A stretch of DNA of 63,969 nt, counting the filler, from an uncultured Methanosarcinales archaeon (GTDB taxonomy: Archaea; Nanobdellota; Nanobdellia; Woesearchaeales; CAZKBD01), in the NCBI GenBank assembly GCA_964550945.1. It is 3 parts of 3 records of this genome, joined end to end, with 100 filler letters (N's around TTAATTAATTAA, not from the genome) between each part and the next. Parts side by side here need not be neighbours in the genome. Positions count along the whole stretch, not along the records: positions 24,207 to 47,425 come from CAZKBD010000021.1; positions 47,526 to 63,969 come from CAZKBD010000038.1; 1 more part is not named here. One strand, given 5' to 3'. Below, piece after piece: positions 38,925 to 47,686 of this stretch. The notes under the pieces were generated by a model. The model had not been told where the DNA came from and searched no databases. It worked only from the letters and a program-made list of their open reading frames with translations. The position numbers and the translations under genes are program-made. Numbering within the stretch: position 1 is the first letter of the stretch; the number at the start of each line of letters is the position of its first letter.

Positions 38925-39491
38925 TTATTTTACATAAGCTTTTTTGATTATAACTGGGTCAACAGGAACATCATCAAATCCATTCTTAGTTGCGGTCTTA
39001 ACTGATTTGATCTTATCAACAACAGATGTTCCAGATATTACCTTTCCAAAAACAGCATAACCATAGCCTCTTGATGTTTCATCTGTATGGTCTAAAAAAG
39101 CATTATCAGCAACATTTATGAAAAATTGTGATGTAGCGCTATCAACAACCATTGTTCTTGCCATCGCAATTGTATACTTTTCATTCTTCAATCCATTTCC
39201 AGCTTCATTCTTTATTGGCCCTTTAGTCTCTTTTTGGATCAGCTCCTGGTCAAATCCTCCTCCTTGTATCATAAAATCACTAATGATCCTATGGAATATC
39301 AATCCGTCATAAAACCCCTCATTCACATAAGATAAGAAATTGTCAACAGTTATTGGCGCTTTATCTTGATATAGCTCAACTTCAAAATTCCCCATATTTG
39401 TCTCAAAAACAATAGCCTTATTTTTCATTTTATCCTCAGCTTGGCTGCATCCAACCAACAATAATAATATGACTATCCAGCTTATTCTCAT
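38925..39491 (-). CDS. ppiA: Cyclophilin-type peptidyl-prolyl isomerase with lipoprotein-like signal
   Basis: FHRIISDFMIQGGG, IAMART, SATSQFFIN, GYAVFGKV; N-terminal LLLLVGC. Confidence 0.92.
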   Translation of the reverse strand: MRISWIVILLLLVGCSQAEDKMKNKAIVFETNMGNFEVELYQDKAPITVDNFLSYVNEGFYDGLIFHRIISDFMIQGGGFDQELIQKETKGPIKNEAGNGLKNEKYTIAMARTMVVDSATSQFFINVADNAFLDHTDETSRGYGYAVFGKVISGTSVVDKIKSVKTATKNGFDDVPVDPVIIKKAYVK

Positions 39492-39492
39492 T

Positions 39493-39777
39493 CTAAACCG
39501 CCTTAGGCCCTTTAAAATATCCATCCTTTTTGTGCTCTGTGTTAGCTAATGCCTCTTCCTGTGATAAGCTATCTTCTACAACATCTTCTCTCATATATTC
39601 CTTCAGCTCAACAGGCTGAAAACTCGGCTTAACATCTTTTGTATCAGCTTCATCTATCCTAGAAAATGCATTAATAATCTCTTTTAGTTCAGGCAGGAAT
39701 CTTTCTATCTCTTTCTCGCTTAACTCAAGCCTAGCTAATTCAGCTACTTTTTTAATCATATTTTTATCTATCTGCAT
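39493..39777 (-). CDS. gatC: Asp/Glu-tRNA amidotransferase subunit C
   Basis: VAELARL, MRED, GYFKGPK. Confidence 0.95.
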   Translation of the reverse strand: MQIDKNMIKKVAELARLELSEKEIERFLPELKEIINAFSRIDEADTKDVKPSFQPVELKEYMREDVVEDSLSQEEALANTEHKKDGYFKGPKAV

Positions 39778-39813
39778 TTTAATTAGGTTATTTTAGATTG
39801 TTTATATATTTTT

Positions 39814-41691
39814 TTAATTCTTCCCAAAAAACCCATTTATCTCTTCAATATAATTCTTGCTTATCTTAACATCCATATCCTTTGGAAAACACCTCATATA
39901 GCTCTGCCATGCATATCTTTCATCCAGAAAGACCATAACCCCCTTATCATTCTCGCTTCTTATGCACCTTCCAGCATTCTGCAGGCTTTTAATAAATGCA
40001 GGAAACACATATCCATAATCCCAGCCTTTGCCGAATTTGTCATCATAATACTTTATCAGCTCTTTAGTTTCCAAATCAGGAGGCAACAAAGGCAATCCAA
40101 CTACAACAACGCATTTCAATAGATCACCAGGCAAGTCAATCCCTTCCCCAAAACTTCCAGAAGCAGTTCCAAGTAAAACAGCTCCAATATCCTTATACTT
40201 TTTAAATCTCTCAAGAAGCTCTTTCTTCTCTTTTTTATTCAATCTGGAATCCTCCAAAAAAACAGTTTTCTCGCTTATAGCTGAAAAATATTTATTGATA
40301 TTGTTCCTAAGCATATAGCTTGGGAAGAATACAGCAGAATTGCCAGGAACAGCATTAACTATCTTGCCTAATACCTTTGCAATATCCTTATATTGGTTCT
40401 CATTCCTCAAAGAGTATTTTGTTGTAGTCTCTGGAACAATTATCGCTAACTTATTCTTCTTTGGAAATGGGCTCGCGAAGTTTCTCTCAACAACATTCTC
40501 AAATCTCAATATATCTTTATACATCGAAGTTGGAGTCAAAGTTCCTGACATGATTATGCTTAAATATGCAGCCTCAAAAATATCTTTGGTCACTAATGAA
40601 GGATCCAAACATCTATAGGATAGGGTAATCACCAGATTCCTATCACTCTCAATTTTGGATAATATCCTCACAAAGCCATTATCATCTCCCTGCCACCCTT
40701 CTAAAAATCTTCCTATGCTGCCGATATAGCTTTTCTTCTGCAGCTCTCTTATATCATCTCCAGCCGCAACCAGCTCAGAAATCAACGATTCATACTCAAA
40801 ACTCTCATTTGCTTTTTTGATAAACTCCTCCTTCTTAATCAATTTCTCCGATTTTTTATTGTCTAAATCATTACCCAGCCCATTTAGTATATCCAACAAA
40901 ATGCTCAGCTTTTCTACAATCTCGTTGTATCTAAATTTCTTGCCTTCTTTTATTGCTCTGACTATTATAAAATTAGAAAGCTTCTGTGTTAACAGGTCTC
41001 TAACCCTCAAAGGAAGGTTATGGCCCTCATCAATTATCACGATGCTTTTTTCAAGCTCCTTGTTAGCTTTTGCAAAAAAACCATCCCTTATAGCAGGATT
41101 AAATATATAATAATAATCCGCAACAACGATCTTAGCTTTCTGCGCCAATAAGATAGAAACCTCATAAGGGCATAATTCATCTTTTTTGCAAATCTCAATA
41201 ATTTGATCGCAATGCATGGGCCCTTTTTTTTGAATCTCTTCTAAAGTCCTTTTTGCCTCAACACTAACCTTATTGTTCTTCTTTGTGTTCAAATAAAATT
41301 CACACTTGCCTTCTTCTCTAACAGCCCTGCAGTAATCAGCAAATTCTCCCGAGTAAAGTGTTTCAATCCCATCAACACAGCACATCCACTTCTTGCCGAT
41401 AATATCCGCAACCGCAACCTCAATTTCATATTTTTCTTTAATTTCTTTCAAAGTGTCTATAGCAATCAAATGCTGTGTATGCCTTGAAGTCAAAAAGAAA
41501 ATACTCAAATCCTTTTTTAAAGCAAAACTTAAGGCAGGGCTTATTGCAGCAGCAGTCTTCCCAAGCCCTGTTGGAGCATGAACAATAAGGTTTTTCTTTT
41601 CTTCTAACACTTTGCAAATGTCTTTTATCAATTCATCCTGCACATCTCTGATTTTAGAATAAGGAAACAACACATCTTTTATCTCAGTCAT
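39814..41691 (-). CDS. xpd: XPD/Rad3 Fe-S DNA helicase
   Basis: APTGLGKT, Fe-S cysteines, DEGHN, SGTL, GEGIDLPG, QNAGRCIRS. Confidence 0.92.
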   Translation of the reverse strand: MTEIKDVLFPYSKIRDVQDELIKDICKVLEEKKNLIVHAPTGLGKTAAAISPALSFALKKDLSIFFLTSRHTQHLIAIDTLKEIKEKYEIEVAVADIIGKKWMCCVDGIETLYSGEFADYCRAVREEGKCEFYLNTKKNNKVSVEAKRTLEEIQKKGPMHCDQIIEICKKDELCPYEVSILLAQKAKIVVADYYYIFNPAIRDGFFAKANKELEKSIVIIDEGHNLPLRVRDLLTQKLSNFIIVRAIKEGKKFRYNEIVEKLSILLDILNGLGNDLDNKKSEKLIKKEEFIKKANESFEYESLISELVAAGDDIRELQKKSYIGSIGRFLEGWQGDDNGFVRILSKIESDRNLVITLSYRCLDPSLVTKDIFEAAYLSIIMSGTLTPTSMYKDILRFENVVERNFASPFPKKNKLAIIVPETTTKYSLRNENQYKDIAKVLGKIVNAVPGNSAVFFPSYMLRNNINKYFSAISEKTVFLEDSRLNKKEKKELLERFKKYKDIGAVLLGTASGSFGEGIDLPGDLLKCVVVVGLPLLPPDLETKELIKYYDDKFGKGWDYGYVFPAFIKSLQNAGRCIRSENDKGVMVFLDERYAWQSYMRCFPKDMDVKISKNYIEEINGFFGKN

Positions 41692-41820
41692 CTTTTTTAG
41701 GTGTTGTGTTTTGTTTATTAATCTTATGAAAATGTTATTTTATACAACCAAAATCTTTAAAAATAATCCTCTCTTTCCAAAAAATTGTCGGTTTTAGTGA
41801 CGAAAAACCAAATATTTTAA

Positions 41821-41838
41821 AACGAAACATTTATATAC
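41821..41838 (+). promoter_or_regulatory. BRE-TATA promoter
   Basis: AACGAAACATTTATATAC; near-identical copy on the minus strand at 47353-47370. Confidence 0.65.
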
Positions 41839-41892
41839 CACAACATATATCTCAAAAAATAACTTAATAATCGCTATTTTGGGGGGTTAATC

Positions 41893-42168
41893 ATGGAAAC
41901 TAAAAACAAAGAAATATTTAATGTTGTCTTCCGCGAAAAACCAGCTATGATGCTAGTTGGGCTTAAGAATTCAAAAAGCGAAATCTATGCATCTTCTCTT
42001 GCAAAACAAATTGACTGTACATATTCTCATGTTGTAAAGATCCTTCAGGAGATGGAAAAATCCGGCTTGATAAACTTTGAGAAGCAAGGAAGATTGAAAT
42101 TATTATCCTTGACAAAAACAGGATCAGAAGTTGCAGACCATATCGATAACATAAGGGTGCTGCTATAA
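41893..42168 (+). CDS. MarR-like winged-helix regulator
   Basis: YASSLAKQIDCTYSHVVKIL..MEKSGLI..KQGR..LTKTG. Confidence 0.88.
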   Translation: METKNKEIFNVVFREKPAMMLVGLKNSKSEIYASSLAKQIDCTYSHVVKILQEMEKSGLINFEKQGRLKLLSLTKTGSEVADHIDNIRVLL

Positions 42169-43575
42169 AATATCTTCTTCCATTGCCTTTTTCTTTAAAA
42201 CCTCTTGGGCAATTTCAATAAACTCTTCTTCTTTATCAGTAGGGATTAATGCTCCAGCAGCATGGATATGGCCGCCAGCTTCAGAGCCTTCAATTTTTTC
42301 TGTTATCTCCTTTACAATCAGCCTTAGATCAACATCTTTGTTCCCTGCAATTCTTAAGCTAACCTTGGTATAGCCATTCAGTATTTGCGCCAAAGATAAT
42401 ACAAACGTTCCTACTTTGATTCCATTTGATTTAGATATGATCGAAGCTAATGTTCCGATAATGCTTGACATAATAATATCCTGGGCATTAATGATAGTGT
42501 ATCCTTCTCCTTCTATAATATATTTGCTTTCCTTGTTTTTGTTGTACCACTCCAGTGCATTAATGATCTCTTTTTTGTAAGCCAAAAGATTCTGCATAGC
42601 TCTTTGTTTGATCTTATTGTCTCCCAAACACGAGCCAATCCCCAAAGAAGCCTTGCCCATTCTTCCGCACGCATTCAATAAGGTAGAAAATTCCTTTGCA
42701 TCCCTCATTGGGCTCTCCAATTTTTCATCTTCAAGCACATAAATGTTTCCTAACACATCTTCAGGATTATCTTCGCTTGCTCTTTTCATAACAATCCCTG
42801 CAACTAATTTTTGCATATCTTCCTCGCTTAAATGAACAAGCTTATTCCAGTCTTTTCCATTCTTAGGGTTTATACCGAGCTGCTGCAAAAATTGTATTGC
42901 TCCGCTCTCTGATCCGCTTACGCCGGGTATATACGGATCTGTGCTGTACTCCAGAACTTTATGAAGCGGCCTTGTCTGAAAGCCAAAAAGCCTCAGCCCT
43001 TTTTCAACTCTTATCCTTCCAGTTTTGACAGCATTCTCAAGAATTTCGTTATTCAATCTCAAAAAGCCATCTTTCTCCTGGATATCTCCCACAGCGCCTA
43101 TGATTGCAATATGGGACATGCCCTCAAGAGCTTTATCAACAGCGCTGGCAAATAAGTATACTACTCCTGATCCAGAAATCTCCTTGCTGCCATCAATGCC
43201 GGCCAAATGAGGATTAACATGGATTATATCATCATCAGCCTCTCCATCTATCTCATGATGGTCTAAAATGATTATCTTCCTGCCTTTAAGGATATCCTTG
43301 ATATTCCTTAACTGGCCTGAGCCCAAATCAGCAAAAACGAAATATTTGTAAGGCTCTTTAGCCAGCTCCTGTAAGACCTCTTTGCTTAGCTGCTGCATAA
43401 CTGAAATAGAATACTTCCTATTATCTAGATTCATCAGCCTTATCATAATAGCACAAGAACTAATTCCATCTGCATCCAAATGGCCGATAAGCCTGATTGT
43501 TTCTTTCTTATCTAATGCCCTGAATTTTTCAGCAGCCATTTTAACATCCTCTTTGAATTGTTCGTACTTGTCCAT
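42163..43575 (-). CDS. RecJ/GAN-like DHH phosphoesterase
   Basis: HLDADG, DLGSG, LDHH, GAVGD, LNACGR, SLR, GGH. Confidence 0.92.
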   Translation of the reverse strand: MDKYEQFKEDVKMAAEKFRALDKKETIRLIGHLDADGISSCAIMIRLMNLDNRKYSISVMQQLSKEVLQELAKEPYKYFVFADLGSGQLRNIKDILKGRKIIILDHHEIDGEADDDIIHVNPHLAGIDGSKEISGSGVVYLFASAVDKALEGMSHIAIIGAVGDIQEKDGFLRLNNEILENAVKTGRIRVEKGLRLFGFQTRPLHKVLEYSTDPYIPGVSGSESGAIQFLQQLGINPKNGKDWNKLVHLSEEDMQKLVAGIVMKRASEDNPEDVLGNIYVLEDEKLESPMRDAKEFSTLLNACGRMGKASLGIGSCLGDNKIKQRAMQNLLAYKKEIINALEWYNKNKESKYIIEGEGYTIINAQDIIMSSIIGTLASIISKSNGIKVGTFVLSLAQILNGYTKVSLRIAGNKDVDLRLIVKEITEKIEGSEAGGHIHAAGALIPTDKEEEFIEIAQEVLKKKAMEEDIL

Positions 43576-43612
43576 TTTACATCCTTTTAGTTGAGCGCCT
43601 CTTTCTCAAAAT

Positions 43613-44293
43613 TTATTTACCAAATCTCCTCACTCTCTTTTTGTAGTCCTCAATTGCTTTTACTAGCTCTTCTTTTCCAAACTCGGGCCATAATTTATCT
43701 GTGAAATACCATTCGCTGTAATAACTTTGCCATATCAGAAAATTACTCACTCTATGCTCGCCGCCAGTCCTTATCACCAAATCCGGCTCATCTTCCATAT
43801 ATAAATTTTTACTAATAGTCTTTTCATCTATCTTTCTTATTTTTTTATGAACAATACTCTTAACAGCATCAACAATCTCAGCCCTTCCGCCATAAGCCAT
43901 GGCAAAATTCAGCCTGAAGTTATCATATTTTTTTGTATTGGACATTATCTTGCGCATCTGTTCCTGCAACTTCTTTGGAAACATGCGGATCCTTCCGATA
44001 AACCTGACTTTTATTCTATCTTTGCTGACTCTCTCATCTTTTGCAAGCTTGCTTAGCTGTTCTTCAAACAAGTTAAACAAAACCTTAACCTCATTTTTTG
44101 GCCTTTGGAAATTTTCTATAGAAAAGCAGTACAAAGTCAGCTCTTTGATGCCAAGTTCAAGAGCCCAATCAAGCATGTTTTCGATATTCTTTGCTCCAGC
44201 TTTGTGCCCTTCACCTAGATTCAAATAATTTTTTTTAGCATACCTTCTGTTACCGTCGAGAATGATCGCAACATGAGAAGGTCCTTTTGTCAT
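43613..44293 (-). CDS. uppS: cis-prenyltransferase (undecaprenyl diphosphate synthase)
   Basis: HVAIILDGNRR, FSIENF.RP, YGGR.EI, IRTGGE.RVSNFL.WQ, RRFG. Confidence 0.96.
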   Translation of the reverse strand: MTKGPSHVAIILDGNRRYAKKNYLNLGEGHKAGAKNIENMLDWALELGIKELTLYCFSIENFQRPKNEVKVLFNLFEEQLSKLAKDERVSKDRIKVRFIGRIRMFPKKLQEQMRKIMSNTKKYDNFRLNFAMAYGGRAEIVDAVKSIVHKKIRKIDEKTISKNLYMEDEPDLVIRTGGEHRVSNFLIWQSYYSEWYFTDKLWPEFGKEELVKAIEDYKKRVRRFGK

Positions 44294-44386
44294 AAAAACA
44301 AAGTCCAAGAACTAATTTATATACCTTTTGCTGTAACTTTTTAATGAGGATTGTGATTTATTGATTAGAGTGATGAGAATTAAATA

Positions 44387-44491
44387 AGCCTCCGGCGGGA
44401 TGTGCGCCCGCGACCTCCACCTTTTTTCTAAACTATCCTGTTATTGATAGTTTATACCAAGGTGGCGCAATAGCTACTATGCTACGGAGGC
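44387..44491 (-). tRNA. tRNA-Thr(GGU) with 32-nt intron at 37/38 (44423-44454) and non-canonical T-loop
   Basis: Acceptor GCCTCCG/CGGAGGC+U73; anticodon stem CCACC/GGTGG with loop TT-GGT-A^A; T-stem GCGGG/CCCGC. Confidence 0.88.
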
Positions 44492-44576
44492 ATTGATTTC
44501 ATTCCGAGCATTGCGAGGAATGCTTGGGTATCTATAGGGTAAGACCCTTAGGCTACAATGCTACGGAGACATTGAT
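44473..44576. repeat. 25-bp direct repeat of the tRNA-Thr 5' end (44473-44497 and 44552-44576) enclosing hairpins
   Basis: gctactatgctacggaggcattgat vs gctacaatgctacggagacattgat (23/25 identical). Confidence 0.8.
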
Positions 44577-44625
44577 GAACAGAATTGTATAATTATTTAT
44601 AAAATTTCCCTTTTAAAGAAAAAAA

Positions 44626-44794
44626 TGCGAGGGAAGGGATTTGAACCTTTCCGTTAAAAGCTTTTGCTTTTAATCTCGGACCCACTAAGGGACAGGATAT
44701 CTTACGTACAAGTAAGTGTCCTCTTAAGTCCTGCGCGTTTGACCAGACTTCGCTCTAAGGAATATCAAGAAAAATTCTTAATAATAACCCTCGC
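44626..44794 (-). tRNA. tRNA-Leu(UAA) with three introns (8/9: 44755-44786; 37/38: 44699-44722; 51/52: 44648-44674)
   Basis: Spliced product GCGAGGGTAGCGAAGTCTGGTCAAACGCGCAGGACTTAAGATCCTGTCCCTTAGTGGGTCCGAGGGTTCAAATCCCTTCCCTCGCA folds as a type II tRNA; each junction has a 4-bp helix with 3-nt bulges. Confidence 0.85.
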
Positions 44795-44867
44795 ATTAAA
44801 TGCCTGGTCTCTAGAAAAAGTTATTAACACATTTAAAAAACTTTCTCTATTTTAACCTTACAAAGTA

Positions 44868-45092
44868 TGTGAACTAGTGGTTTTTAGTAGTTAATAATAA
44901 TAAAAATACTATTAAATCAATAATAATCTAAAGTCAAAAGATAAACATTTACTTTAAAATAAAACAAGCACCAGTAACTTTAAAATCAATGGTGATTATT
45001 AACCAATTAAAATAAAAATCAATGGTAAAAAATAATAAATTATTACCAACTAATATCTAGGTGAACAATACTTCGTAGATTAGCAAAAACCA
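44868..45092. repeat. Dispersed ~230-bp non-coding element, copy B
   Basis: Reverse complement aligns collinearly with 21755-21988. Confidence 0.75.
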
Positions 45093-45111
45093 TAATAAAC
45101 AGGATTAATTA

Positions 45112-45618
45112 TTAGTACTTATACAAATTCAAGAACCCATTCAGCCTTTTATGCAAGTCATAAGTAAGCTTCACTAGCTCATCTTCGAACTTATTTGTCC
45201 ACATCTTCCAAATGTATCTGTCATATACTCCTCTAATGAACCAAAAGAGAGGTTTCTGCTGCCATCTCGCTGCTATATCACTTTCCAAAAAGGCATCAAA
45301 AATAATGAAAACTTCTCCCTGGTTTAATTTTTTTTTGGCCCCACCTTTCACAATAACCACTTCCTTAACATTTTCCATCAATACATTTATTCTTACCACC
45401 TGTTTCGCATAATCCATAGGCTTTTTCCATATCTCAATGAACCACTGTATCCTTTTTCCTGTTGAGGTTACATGCTCTGCTTTTTTCTTGATCTCCTTCT
45501 CCATGTCTTTCTCTTTCATCCACTCCTCTACTTCCCGGTATAGCTCTGCAACATCAAAAAGCCCATCATATTTGAGCCTTAATCCATCAACAACTAATTT
45601 GTGCGTAATCATTTTCAA
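45112..45618 (-). CDS. Conserved unknown protein, paralog 4 of tandem array
   Basis: YDGLFDVAELYR...IFDAFLESD..RW pattern shared with neighbours. Confidence 0.8.
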   Translation of the reverse strand: MKMITHKLVVDGLRLKYDGLFDVAELYREVEEWMKEKDMEKEIKKKAEHVTSTGKRIQWFIEIWKKPMDYAKQVVRINVLMENVKEVVIVKGGAKKKLNQGEVFIIFDAFLESDIAARWQQKPLFWFIRGVYDRYIWKMWTNKFEDELVKLTYDLHKRLNGFLNLYKY

Positions 45619-46151
45619 TGCGCAAAATGCGGAGGCCTCTTTACTGGAGCATAATACCTGTACATATTGAAAAACTTCTCAATAAGCTCATATAGCTGGT
45701 GCACGTCAAAACTAAGCCTCTGCTCGAATCTTTCAGTATACGCCTTATAAATAAACTTGTCATACATGCTCCTGAAAAAAACAAGCAAAGGGCTCGCATC
45801 CCATCTGTACTCATAATCGTGCTCTAAGTACCCATCAAAATATAATATTATCTTTCCCTGGCTTAATTTCAGCTTTTTCTTGTCTTTTATAACATCGACC
45901 TTTTTAATGTCATACATCAAAGCCCTTATTTTGACAATAAACCGTTGATAATCGCTGATCTTTTTCCACGGCCTCATCTCCCATTCTATAAACTTGCCAG
46001 TCGGAGTTAGTAGCTCTTCATCCCTATCAGTCCTTTTTTCATAGCCTCTTTCATACAACCATACATCAATCATCCTGAAAAACTCATTTAAATCAAATAA
46101 GCCAGAATACTCCATTTTCATATGATCTACAATAATCCTCAATTCAGACAT
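45615..46151 (-). CDS. Conserved unknown protein, paralog 3
   Basis: YSGLFDLNEFFR...YFDGYLEHD..RW. Confidence 0.8.
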   Translation of the reverse strand: MSELRIIVDHMKMEYSGLFDLNEFFRMIDVWLYERGYEKRTDRDEELLTPTGKFIEWEMRPWKKISDYQRFIVKIRALMYDIKKVDVIKDKKKLKLSQGKIILYFDGYLEHDYEYRWDASPLLVFFRSMYDKFIYKAYTERFEQRLSFDVHQLYELIEKFFNMYRYYAPVKRPPHFAH

Positions 46152-46711
46152 TACATATGCACCCCAGTCCAGTATCTGTGCTCATAACCTTGTGATTCCA
46201 TATTCAGCCTTTCTTTGACCATATTGTTAAGCTTATACAGCTCCCTATACCATAAGGTGTCCCATAAGATCCCTTCTATCCTCTTCTTTAATACAAACTT
46301 ATTGTAAAAATTTTTTAAGTTAGCATAAAATGCCCTGTCATTAAACCTTTGCTCCCAGTCAAATTGGATATTGCCTTTGAACTCAATCCATATCCTTCCT
46401 TTAGTGAATATCCTTTTGCTGCCGTCTCTCATTATGACTTCAACATCATGAGCGTCATAAGTGTGGATGTATATGTCGATGATAAATTGGATGTAATCCT
46501 CGTCCTCTCTTATTGCCTGCCAAATATACTGCCTTTCAACGCCAAAAGGGCTTGGATGCTTGTGCTTGTATATCTTCTCATGAAATTTAAACTTTTTTTT
46601 TCTCAAATAATCAATCATATACTCGTATAAATCCTGCATATCCCAGACGCCAGTGTGCCTGATGTAAACAGTGAATGTTGGCGCCTGGTCAAATACCTCG
46701 CTTGCTTTCAT
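46151..46711 (-). CDS. Conserved unknown protein, paralog 2
   Basis: GVWDMQDLY, FHEKIYKHKHPSPFGVERQYIW, HTYDAHD, FTKGRIWIE. Confidence 0.8.
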   Translation of the reverse strand: MKASEVFDQAPTFTVYIRHTGVWDMQDLYEYMIDYLRKKKFKFHEKIYKHKHPSPFGVERQYIWQAIREDEDYIQFIIDIYIHTYDAHDVEVIMRDGSKRIFTKGRIWIEFKGNIQFDWEQRFNDRAFYANLKNFYNKFVLKKRIEGILWDTLWYRELYKLNNMVKERLNMESQGYEHRYWTGVHM

Positions 46712-46748
46712 GCTCTACACTTTGCTATCTTTCTTTATAAACATTTCG

Positions 46749-47330
46749 CTAGGGGATTTTTCTATGGATGCCTGCCGAGTACATATGCTCATATTCGCTG
46801 TTCTCCATGTTCATCATTCTTTTTACAAAAGTGTGCAGTTCAAAAGCCTCATACCTCAATCTAGGAGCCCATCCTTCAGTAAATCTCCTTCTGATAACAT
46901 ATCTGTTATAGAAACTTTTCAGATGAGCATAAAATGCATTCTCATTCCATCTGCCTTCCCAATCAAGAAGAGTGTAATTCTTTATCTCAATCCATACCCT
47001 TCCTTTGGTGAATACCCTTTTAGTGCCGTCATTCGCAATAATCTCTATATCATGCGCATCATAAGTATGGAAATAAACTTCAAAAGTGCTTTTTACATAA
47101 TCTTCTTCCTCTTTCTCAGCGAGCCATATATACTGCCTTTCAACGCCAAAAGGGCTTGGATGCTTGTGTTTGTATATCCTCTCATGAAATTTATATTTCT
47201 TTTTCCTGAACCAGTCAATCATATTCTCATAGAAAACCTGCATATCCCAAGCTCCCTTGAATCTTATATAATAGGGAGGATTAGGAACCCATCTTCCATC
47301 ATGATCTAATGGAACAGTAGGATATTTCAT
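46749..47330 (-). CDS. Conserved unknown protein, paralog 1 (probably leaderless)
   Basis: GAWDMQVFY, FHERIYKHKHPSPFGVERQYIW; ATG 47330 lies ~24 nt below the TATA box at 47354-47361. Confidence 0.8.
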   Translation of the reverse strand: MKYPTVPLDHDGRWVPNPPYYIRFKGAWDMQVFYENMIDWFRKKKYKFHERIYKHKHPSPFGVERQYIWLAEKEEEDYVKSTFEVYFHTYDAHDIEIIANDGTKRVFTKGRVWIEIKNYTLLDWEGRWNENAFYAHLKSFYNRYVIRRRFTEGWAPRLRYEAFELHTFVKRMMNMENSEYEHMYSAGIHRKIP

Positions 47331-47425
47331 ATCTGGAATTATAACCAAGAATGTATATAAACGTTTCGTTAATTAGACTTTTGCGTTTTTTACAAAAACC
47401 TGTTCATTAAGTATTTTCTTTAAAT

Positions 47426-47525
47426 NNNNNNNNNNNNNNNNNNNNNNNNNNNNNNNNNNNNNNNNNNNNTTAATTAATTAANNNNNNNNNNNNNNNNNNN
47501 NNNNNNNNNNNNNNNNNNNNNNNNN
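47426..47525. other. Artificial contig-joining linker
   Basis: N44-TTAATTAATTAA-N44. Confidence 0.95.
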
Positions 47526-47686
47526 CTAGACAAAGAGATGAGATTCAATAGCTATGGAAGACAGGATGTTTTGCATAAGTTTGGAAAACATGTCGAAGAA
47601 CTGACACAAAAAGAAGTAGAGCAGTTAGCTAAAGATTTTGATTAATCTAGATATTTTGCAAAAAGAACAAGGAGGCTTCATCAACA

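Noticed and set aside
46151..47330. DNA-level similarity of paralogs 1 and 2 as a DGR TR/VR pair
   Set aside because: Both are full ORFs with conservative substitutions not limited to adenines, and there is no RT nearby.
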